DNA of 62,909 bases, filler included, from Choristocarpus tenellus KU-1152 (taxonomy: Eukaryota; Protista; Phaeophyceae): the NCBI GenBank assembly GCA_964200185.2. It is 10 parts of 10 records of this genome, joined end to end, with 100 filler letters (N's around TTAATTAATTAA, not from the genome) between each part and the next. Parts side by side here need not be neighbours in the genome. Positions count along the whole stretch, not along the records: positions 50,579 to 55,367 come from CAXNAD020013051.1; positions 55,468 to 59,493 come from CAXNAD020016603.1; positions 59,594 to 62,909 come from CAXNAD020020855.1; 7 more parts are not named here. One strand, 5' to 3'. The first letter of the stretch is position 1. Every line of letters starts with the position of its first letter. Positions 53,514 to 62,909 of the stretch are shown in pieces. The notes below the pieces were generated by a model that worked only from the letters and a program-made list of their open reading frames with translations, was not told the DNA's origin and did no database searches. The translations under genes were made by a program, and so were the position numbers.

Positions 53514-55028
53514 CAACGGAAAATATATAGTTTGCCCTCTTCAGAAATCATCCAAAAATCAGGATCTGCAGGTGGACCTAGATTAGAAGGATTCCAAATT
53601 GATTCTTCAGCAATACCCCATGCACAGAACCCCCCCCATTGCGGCACGTATCTAAGAGGGTCTCCCTGTACAGCGTGAAAAGCGCAACATTGAATGGTGT
53701 GAACAGTATGGCATGGGTCCATTGAATTGCCCACTATCGATCCCAAGGAGCGATGCAATTACCACTGCATCGAGTCAGTGCAGGCACAAGAAGGACCAGG
53801 TCATCGATGGATTGAGCCCACATCCTATGGAATCCACAAAGTGGGGGCATATTCTCTGCTAAGTGGCCTCTTCCCAGGACTCCGAATGACGTCAAGATCA
53901 AACCCAATTCGCAGAAGAAATCATAGAATCATCCAATCTACCGATCATTAGCCAAATAAAGAAAACATGCGTTGTAGAATCGACCAGGTGATCTATCAGT
54001 ATATATTCAAATATTCTGAGAGATATCCTTTCTCATCACGCAGGAGCCAAAGTATTTTAGAGGATAGAGCCATGTCCGTTTGGGGCCCAAAATCCGATGT
54101 CGAAATTTCGATGTAATTTTGCCCATCATGTTTGTTAGGAAGTAGGAAGTGTCAATATCCATGTTTTGGACACACCTTTTCATCACATACACATTCTACC
54201 TACTCCAAAACATTTTGGAGTAGGAAAATGTCATAAAAAACTCCATGGGAAGCCAAGTCCCAAATGGACAAACAGGGTAAAACTTGTACCCTCTAAGATA
54301 CTTTCACTCGCAGTACTGGTAAGCCAGAAGGTAAAATGATCCCCACAGCGTGTTCCTGTGTCAAGGACTCTCTGGGCACTATAGAGCATTCGCGGGTAGT
54401 GCGGTCAAGAGGAAATGACATGAGTAGTGGCGTCAGACCGAGACCAATGTATTTGTTGCCCACCCCCGTGACACCAGCCAAGGCAGGCAGCCCCACACTC
54501 TGGTAGGCCAAGAAGTGGTATTAAATGTCAAAAGGTAAATCATCAAGGAGTACACCACAAGACAGAGTGACGCATCTCTCGGATCTAACGGCTGATACGT
54601 CGTGCTTCCCTCTACTGCGATCTCGAAAGGGTGTAGGGTATCACCTCGAACTTTTTCTTGTTGGCCTCAGTGCTGAACCAGAACGTATAGCCACTAAAGT
54701 TAGAGACATATGCTGGGTTTCCTTGAATAGCCTTTTCTTTGGGGTTGAGTCCAAAATATGCCACGACATCCGTTCCATTGAGCACTGGTCCGAGATCGAT
54801 TGCCACGCACAATTCTATGGAATGAACTTCCTCATACAACGCTTCCCAATGCTGAAATTGATTCTCTATCTCCACCGATTGAGAGCTGTGAACGCGAGAA
54901 ACGCCCAGGGTCAGCACGAAGATGCTCAAGGCTGCCAGCAGAGTAAAAAGCAGTCCCTTTGCAGTGGCTCCGCTCGAAGGCGAAAAGGGTGAATAGTCGC
55001 GATCACTGACATCGTTATTACCCTTCAT
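53514..55028 (-). CDS. YHS-domain protein with N-terminal TM anchor (two exons resolved; 3' end unresolved)
   Basis: Exon 54645-55028 PVLNGTDVVAYF..G....GYTFWFSTEANKKKFE joined to exon 53514-53665 GDPLRYVPQWGGFCAWGIA..DPDFW..GKLYIF. Confidence 0.85.
54044..54309. mobile_element. MITE family C copy with 4-bp TSD GCAG, in intron of the YHS gene
   Basis: Reverse-complement homolog of 45910-46167; GCAG at 54040-54043 and 54310-54313. Confidence 0.9.
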
Positions 55029-55899
55029 CGTGAGCTTTACTTTGATCTTTTGAAAGAGGTGATGCAAGTGTTCCTGTAACGTGTCTTATTTCCAACTTCC
55101 AACCTTGAATCATGTTCTATATTACTATTATTGTATTATGATGCCTTTCAATATTTTGGAGATGTATCAATAAAAAACGAATGAATGTGAGAGCCACATT
55201 CCACAGAAGGTATACCCTGAAGGTTACCTATCTTGAATATCATGTAGAAGGTATATAAAATATTATACCCTGAAGGTAACCTATCTTGAACATCAGGATA
55301 TTCATATTACTTTTGTTGTTTTTGCATGTTGAAGATTGGGTGATTTGGAGTGCCCTCCAAATCCCCCNNNNNNNNNNNNNNNNNNNNNNNNNNNNNNNNN
55401 NNNNNNNNNNNTTAATTAATTAANNNNNNNNNNNNNNNNNNNNNNNNNNNNNNNNNNNNNNNNNNNNCTTTTCCCCCCCCCCCCCCCCCGCGCGCGCTTG
55501 CCCCTCCCGTACACGCACTAATGATGATACACAGTATACATTGAAGTAGTAGTAAGGTCTCTCACTTTGTTCTACTTCGTGAGCAGCAGCGATTATTTTC
55601 CTACTTTCCCCTCCCCGCAATACACTCCACTACAAAACCGCGTTTACCTTTGCACTGCAGACAACACATCAGAACGGAGCTGTCACCACAACCATGCAGT
55701 GAGGAACTCATAGCATATCTGGTTCACAATCATGCAGCTAACCTATACTACCCCCGACGCCACCCTTGCACAACAGCCACCCGTCGTAATCCAACAAGTA
55801 ATACCCAGTTCCATGTGACGTAACACCCACTAGACCACTTGCATTCATTGGTCTCAATGATGTTTATGCAGAAGACCTTTTTTGCAAGCCCCAAACCCT

Positions 55900-55951
<52 letters not shown>

Positions 55952-56095
55952 ACCGTACCCGCCCCGGGGGGCGGCCGTTACCGACCCCCGCGGCGCGGCG
56001 GAGAACGCCCGCGCCGACCCGGNNNNNNNNNNCCCCCTCCCCCCCCCCCTCTCTTTTTTTTTCTCTACAATTTTTTTTTTGAAGACCCTTTTTTT

Positions 56096-56130
<35 letters not shown>

Positions 56131-56141
56131 TACCCCCTCAC

Positions 56142-57860
56142 CTGTACATCCGACAGATTGCTAAACGTGAAGTGGGTGTTGACCTGGCCCACAAGGCTGG
56201 CTGATACTACAGACCAAGGCTCAGGTACTGATCTGGGCCCATCCCCTTCGACAACGCCTTCCCCTCTCTGCCGTTTCCTTCTTCGTGTCACCTGCCAACA
56301 TGAGTGTAATGTCATGCGCAAGTGTTTACCAAAACCTCATTCAACGGCTCTTGGGTTGTTGGCTAAGGTTCTACACTGTTGGAATCGAAGTTTAACTGGG
56401 CCCTCTTGATTTCATAGTCTCTTTTGTGCCAGTCTCGGCAGCTCTCAGAATACACTCCCTCCTTTTTGGAGCACACAGCAACTGAGCATGGTTGAGAGTG
56501 AACCAGTGATATCAGAACATGTGACCATTAACTCATCAACGTGTACAACCAAATTGACACTCTCAATCCACCCTGTACCACAGCATGGGTGACCTCACTG
56601 AAGAGCAATTTTGAGATGACAACGCAAATAGCTGGCCTTGTGTACATACGCTATGGAAGTATTTGGTTTTGTGGTAATACGATTAGTGGAGATCCTGACC
56701 TTGAGGAGGAAAGTATTCCCCTCCGAAGAGTTACGATTGGCCACCAAAGGACGGCACAGTGGGTCGCTTGGTCTCATGGAAAGTTTCAGTGTCCGTTCCT
56801 TCACGCGTACAGGTAAGGTGCAGCGAAAGACGGGGAAAGTTCATGTCAGGTATATAGGTTGCAGATGGAGGGGGAGGAACGCCCTGTGTATCAAAGAAGT
56901 ATGGCAATTGCGACAGTTAACAGAAAGGAGCTGAAGAGGAGAAAAATACGTGGATGTATCAAAAATGAGATGGGAGGGGTTGGGTTGGTAGGAGGTCTTA
57001 CTTTGTATACGTTAGTGTGACCTACAGTATGTTTCCATTAGAACCAATGGAATGAACCAGTCGCCTTGATTTCAAGGCCGAGGGACGAACGGAAGCCTGG
57101 ATCTCTGGAGTGCAAGGCATCGAAAGGTGGCATGATTAGAAGTGATTCACGAGTCACAATCAGGAATGCAATAGAGAAAGAATGTGAGAATTGGAAGCAC
57201 TTGTAGCTGTAACTTGAGGAACCAGCAGTGGTGACAGAATTTTGATCCTCTAAGACCTTGTATCCATTCCAACAGGTTATAAATCAGTCGGAAGGGGATA
57301 TATATTGACTAGTCAAGTCCTGGAGACGAAGAAACACACGAGTTTGTATAGGATGAGTTTGTGTCGTTTCATATTTTCAACTATCACTGGAGAGTACAGC
57401 AAACGACCGAGTGCCAATCAACCTGGGGCCAATGCTGGTGTTGACTCTTACTCCTTGTCTCACTCAATTCAGCGTAAGAACAACACCTAAAAAGTCTGGA
57501 ACTCTCTCGAGATTGCTCCACAAGAGCAAACTGACCTCCATATAATGCAAGAGAACAGCCCCACAACAAGAGAGCATAGCAATTGCTTCAACAAGCACTT
57601 ACCAGCGATATGATTCAAAACCCTGTTTAGAGATCACGTCAAAAAATAACATTGTACAGGAGCGAAATTGACCAACCCACCGCATCGGCTGAGACCCTGC
57701 AAAGCTCGGACATGCCACCAACCATTGCCAACGCTGCCTGTCTTCCATGTGCATCCGGTTTGACGGCCAGCGGAAGCTCTAAGGCTGTGAAGATCTCCTT
57801 GTTTAATATCTTTGGATCTATTTCCACAGTAGTGGACTCACCAGCACCTTCTTCGTTCAT
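56142..57860 (-). CDS. GTF3C5: TFIIIC subunit tau95/GTF3C5, 5' exons
   Basis: Exons 57681-57860 (FTALELP..AALAMVGG), 56700-56798 (LKLSMRPSDPLCRPL..FLLK), 56142-56291 (VTRRRKR..LVGQV..HFTFSNLSDVQ) follow the tau95 N-terminal motif order. Confidence 0.75.
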
Positions 57861-58299
57861 CTCCCCTCCTGAACTTCAAAACTGTGTTTGTGTAGGTGTT
57901 CATCGTTTTAGGAGAGAGGAGCTGTACGCGCGAGGCGAGGGATGTATGTTTAGAGACTACATGATTATTAGTAGTTACACTACAAATCAGTATTTACATA
58001 TTAATAGGATCACACTTCGATTTGGAGTAGTGGAAACGCAACACAGTCCTACCTATCCAGTATAGTAACAAACCGATGTTGAAGATGGTTAGCAACCACC
58101 GGAAACAGCCAGGAGTTAATTGAATTTCTTGACATCTTCCCCAGGAAGAAGAGGGAAAACCTTATCCACTGTGGAGACCAAGCTGGTTTCTACCAACTCC
58201 TGAAAGGGTTTAAGGTAGATAGAACCAGCCAACACATCTGCGAAGAATCAAGATGCTGAGGAAGCAAGCACTCTTCATGGAATGGTGGAGGAGATCATT

Positions 58300-59326
58300 T
58301 AAATTGCTTAAGTAGTCCTTAATGACAAGTCGGTCAACCTCAACCCCAGTGATAGTGGTGAAGCCCTCAATCAACACCTCAAGCCCACCATAGCATTTTA
58401 GTAATAATGCATTAAAACTGACCTCTGGGAGTGATTGAAGCACTCTGGGCAATAGGAAATGGGAACGAGAAAGGTCCAGACATTCTTCCAACTGAGATCT
58501 TGAAGTTTGGTCTAAGGGAAGACGAGACTCTACACCAGGGTTTCCACAAGAAAAATATTGTTGGGATTGCGTGTGGGACCAGCCAGGACAGCAAATTTTG
58601 TGACAGGTTTGGAACGTTAGGGTAACAGTGCTCCACAAGAAGAAAGATCGGACTGCTTGTGGTATCTACAGGGGCATCTTGTTGATAGGTGGCACATGCT
58701 GGCAAAGTACTTCTTAAGGTTGTTGCACAATTGCTGGGAGATTCCCTGGGACAGGAGAACACAGTCCATGATGAACAGTGCGCCTTCCACCTCCAACACT
58801 CCACAGTGAATACGATGTACACTGTACATGCATTCCAAGAGTCTAGCTGGGAAAAACCACGTACCTCTGTTCATGGGTTATATTTACCTAAAGAAAGGAT
58901 GTGGCTCTGTTGACTGTAATCTTGTGGGGGTTGTGCTTATCAAATTTTGAGTGTCTGAGAAGATGGTTTTAGTCATCCCCCAATTCCATGATATAACGCC
59001 GTAATGCATTTTTATGGATGATGGAGAGTGTACAGACTGGTTGAGGCTGGGCAGGGTCTTCGGCAAGAGTGTATTCTTGCTTCCATTCTCTTCAATATGT
59101 ATTTCACTGCAGTGCTAAGTGAAGCAATTCAGTAATTCAACTCTTACTCGTGCATCTCCAAGGACATTACAAGTTGCCGTCAGAGAGTGCCCTACAACAA
59201 GCAGGTCATCAGAGGAGGAGCAACAGGTAGTGGAATATCACGCGAGCCGCCTCTGTGGGGCATACCTCATGCTGGTATGCTTCATGCTGAGGATGCAAAT
59301 ATTGCACAGAAGACCTGATAAGTGTT
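58300..59326 (+). mobile_element. Degenerate RTE-like LINE reverse transcriptase
   Basis: GPDILPTEILK, VLHKKKDRTACGIYRGI, AHAGKVLLKVVA, EQCAF..HST, G.G.GLRQECILAS.LFNMYF; frameshifted. Confidence 0.9.
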
Positions 59327-59493
59327 GACTCAAAGTATCTGGGGTGTGTGTGGCGGCTGTCCATTCGGGACCCATTTTTCCAAGTCGCAATTTGGGGTGA
59401 CTTCGTTGAACGCGTCGGATGGATAATGCAAGTGCACTTTTCCTGGTCAGGGCCCGACTGGACACCCTGGTGTAGACTCCCCCCCCTCCCCCT
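59327..59493. mobile_element. MITE family B copy interrupting the LINE, cut by contig end
   Basis: GACTCAAAGTATCTGGGG...GGACACCCTGGTGTAGA. Confidence 0.85.
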
Positions 59494-59654
59494 NNNNNNN
59501 NNNNNNNNNNNNNNNNNNNNNNNNNNNNNNNNNNNNNTTAATTAATTAANNNNNNNNNNNNNNNNNNNNNNNNNNNNNNNNNNNNNNNNNNNNAAATGAG
59601 GAAGAGGTTATTAATTAATACAGATTGTTCTCAAAATACTGGAGGGGGTTTTGT

Positions 59655-59830
59655 GACTCACCAAAGGTATGGGGGGGGGGGGGTTACATCAGGGAGTCTA
59701 TTTGACCAAATTAAGGAAAGGTGCATTTTCATTATCTATCCGACGTATGCAACCAAACCACCCAAAAATCGCAATATGAAAACCTCAAGCCCAAATGGAC
59801 AGCCGCCACCCCCCCCAGATACTTTGAGCC
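59655..59830. mobile_element. MITE family B copy
   Basis: Ends CCCCCCAGATACTTTGAGCC; internal match to 48660-48839. Confidence 0.8.
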
Positions 59831-60603
59831 ACTGAGACTGATAGGTTGTGGTGGTTATAGCACAGGAAAGTTTCTCATCGTATAATCACTCACTAGAGTC
59901 TCAGGCTTTGCTTCATATTTGTTTATTCATGGTGGGAACAGTCAGAGAGACTTGGATGATAAATCTGCACGGTCATTGAGGCATGACTGCCGATGGAATT
60001 GGTGAGTGGGGTTTATAGTAATGCTTACTTGTCCTTCGCCAACCCCACATACCCCACATCCAGAGGTAGGGTGCGTTGTAATGCAAGAATTGATAGATTT
60101 GACTATCCCTTAGCCCTGGCATTGTATGGTGCATACAGAACAATTCAATCCTTCTGTGATCGATACCCTTTCATCTAATAGAATCAATGATTAATGTGCG
60201 ACAGTACATCCACAAAAACTGCCAAACCCAAGGAGTCACATACAGTTCAAGAAGAGCGCTACGCTAGTGATATTCTGTAGACCAGGGAACACAACCATTC
60301 AATGACAAGGATGATACGCATGAAGTCGAAATTCCTCATTGGAGAAGACAGGCTTCCTTGCTACCCTCCAAGGATAGAGGGGTGGGTGTGTGGGAGGAAG
60401 AGGATGATGTCTTGGTTCTTTTTTTTAATCCGGTGGCCTGTTGGACTCTATGATGGTTGAGCCTGATGGCTGTACACTGGTTTTCGCTTTCCAACTTACT
60501 TCTCCCCTACCTTCTGCCCCCCACCTGTTATTGCACTTCTATGAACTTCATTGCAAATCCCACCCTGTATTTGCATGCACTTGGTTATGTTCGCTATTGG
60601 CAG

Positions 60604-62140
60604 ACCTCAAGGGGGAAGCATGTCATTGCACCAACTACCGTATGATCCACCCACACCGACGTTTCAAGGACGAGTTTGGGGTGATGGTCAATGATACGCT
60701 GACTACATGTGGCTGGCATGCAAAGTCATGCGTTGCTTCTTTACACGGAGACGCCGTCGTTCCAATCACCACTGCAAATGAGGGCGCGTTATGCAATGAA
60801 TGCCTTGTTCAGGCATGAGATTGAAGTGGTAGGGATAGTGGAGGGAGACCAGGAGAAGTGTGGTGAAATAGTGTACTCGTGATCTTGGTTACTGTATGGG
60901 TTTATTCGGGAGAGATATAGGAAGGACAGATCAGGAATACAGTAGCATTGAATATCTGTAGAGTCATGTATTCTCAGGTATCTGGAATTGCTTTGCATGG
61001 ACCTTTTCTTCATCAACTGTAACCTCTCATCGATCCCATCTGCAAGGGAGAATGATAGGAGTTTTGGGAAATACACGCACTGTTACAACGATTGCTTTCA
61101 GCTGGCAATGCTGAGAATATTTTCTGAAGAAGTCTCAGCACGTCCCAAACTCAGCTGGATGCTCCACACCTGTTTAAAAAAATGCAATAAGGACCTCCAT
61201 ATTTTGTTACTCTACTGTTTGTGGAGAAGGCAGTTAGCCAATAGAGTTGCAGTCAAACTGCTCATGCTTCCTTGGATGCAGCGGCTGATGTCCCATAATA
61301 TTGTAGAGGGGGGAGTGAGGCATCATTGGGGGCAAGTGTGACCCTGTCGTGATTTGATGTCGTTTGAGTGAAGGTGTCAGATGCCAGGGTGTTTTTCTTC
61401 ATCTGAGAACACCTTCCTTTTCTATCCCCTTGCTTGAGCCAAATTTATAGGGGAATCACCAGGAAAAAGGGGCATCAAACTGAATTATCTTACAACACCT
61501 CATCAACTGAATGGACATCCCCCCCATGAAGGATAATATTGGCCTGATCTCTGTCACTACTCCGATTTTTTACCCAATATCTTCACACCTCAGATCACAA
61601 AGGGACATCCTCAGCACACTACAATCTTTGCAGCCCCTGGTGTCCGAACCAATGACAGGAATGACAAAAGAGGAGACGACCAAGATGCAGACAACTTCAT
61701 GGTGCGATATATTGCAGTTGGTACTGCCGCAAAGAAGCAACTGAGTCACTGTGCCTTCTCAACACTCTTCCCTGACCTGATCCATAAGGGTGACTGACCC
61801 AGCGCTAGCCCTCTCATCAATCATCCCTAATCATAACACCAAAGATGGATGGTCATAACACCTTTGTTTGAACTCATTCTCCGCTTGTCAACACGACAGA
61901 CGATGTATCCTTCTTCATTTACACGCTTCTGACAATCAATGACAGGTGTGGAACAAGTGGTTTATTAAAGGTCCGGGGCGTTTACGACAGCTTGTCCTCC
62001 AACCCAGGCACCCCAACGCTCCCTTATCTGAGCCCCCTGCAGGGCTTCGCCCTATTGCTATCTACAAAACACCACCTCCACCACCTCCCTTGCTGTCTGT
62101 GGCCAACTTTCGAAAGCGCCTTGCTCTATCTCGTTGGCAG
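60604..62140 (+). CDS. Probable internal exons of an unidentified gene
   Basis: AG/GT-bounded open exons 60604-60680 (LKGEACHCTNYRMIHPHRRFKDEFG) and 61946-62140 (VWNKWFIKG...RLALSRWQ), phase compatible. Confidence 0.4.
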
Positions 62141-62706
62141 GTGAGATGCTTTGGTGAGTAGTGAGTGGGGAGTGGTGACCATTAGCATGTTGATGGCTGA
62201 CTTGAGGGGTAAATGGAGATGTGCTTAGGATATAACGTTGCCTTACCTTTGCTGTTTGACTTTGACATCGATAGTTATGGACTCCCATGTGAAACGTGCT
62301 CTGTAATCCAGGTACTATCCCTAATTGAGTCTATTCTGTGGGAGTGTTAGTCAAAATGATTATCTTACGCCTCAAAAATGATTTACCCAAGGGTTCTTCT
62401 ACATCGTGTCATCAGATTCTATTGTTGTCATGCATGTATGATCAAGTATTGATGTACCACTGCACCACTAGGGCGGATAATTGTGCAACTGCCTGCTCCA
62501 GTGGAACAACTGTATCTCAATACTTGACATATATTACATTCCACATTCCGATAATATTTGGATTAGGTTTGGGGTTAGGGTTCAGTAAAAAGTCAGGAAA
62601 TGTTACGACAGAATCCAGAGTAGATGACATCCTTCCTTCTGCCTCAACAAGCTTCGTATATTTTCTGCACTAGAATTTGTGTTCAAACTCACTTCCTTTA
62701 CATCAA

Positions 62707-62890
62707 AGCTCAAGGTATCTGGGGGGGGGTGAGAGCTGTCCATTTGGGTCCACTTTTCCATGTCGTGATTTTTGGGCGATTTGGTTGCATGTGTTGGATG
62801 GATAATATAAATGCACCTTTCCTGGTAAGGGCCCAAATGGACACCCTGGTGAAGACCCCCCCCCACCCCCCCCCCAAGATACTTCAAGCC
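62707..62890. mobile_element. MITE family B copy
   Basis: AGCTCAAGGTATCTGGGGGG...CCCCAAGATACTTCAAGCC. Confidence 0.85.
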
Positions 62891-62909
62891 CATTGGGCAG
62901 CATGCTTCC

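Noticed and set aside
55212-55295. ~30-bp direct repeat upstream of the YHS gene as a regulatory element
   Set aside because: It is a simple local duplication with no supporting evidence.
55839-56204. Poly-proline ORFs
   Set aside because: They are translations of poly-C runs around an N gap in low-quality sequence.
9919-59593. Recurring TTAATTAATTAA palindromes as a biological repeat or array
   Set aside because: They are always centred in identical N runs, so they are artificial six-frame-stop linkers.

Overview
This is not one locus. It is ten short eukaryotic contigs joined by nine artificial 100-nt linkers (N44-TTAATTAATTAA-N44), so adjacency across linkers has no meaning. The DNA is intron-rich (GT-AG) and dense in transposable elements. 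It resembles a stramenopile, possibly brown-algal, draft genome (inference from LINE and gene family styles). Genes reconstructed by hand: a complete CRIPT; a divergent TMEM245/AI-2E-like gene; a DUF6492-like glycosyltransferase-fold gene with an in-frame TAA; a WW-domain/Cys-rich membrane gene with a TAA and a frameshift; and partial TerC, OCRL/INPP5B-type inositol 5-phosphatase, YHS-domain and TFIIIC tau95 (GTF3C5) genes. Mobile DNA: a decayed Ty1/copia element, RTE-like LINE relics, a solo LTR inserted inverted into its own relative, and three related MITE families with GRG-type ends and 4-bp target-site duplications (TSDs) (Sola-like), plus a possible parent element. The most unusual spot is the first 500 bp, where a CCA-bearing 3' half of tRNA-Ser sits next to an AT-rich, Rickettsiales-like traD relic just upstream of an intron-containing gene. 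I found no complete novel multi-gene system. Family assignments come from motif recall and need HMM/BLAST confirmation.
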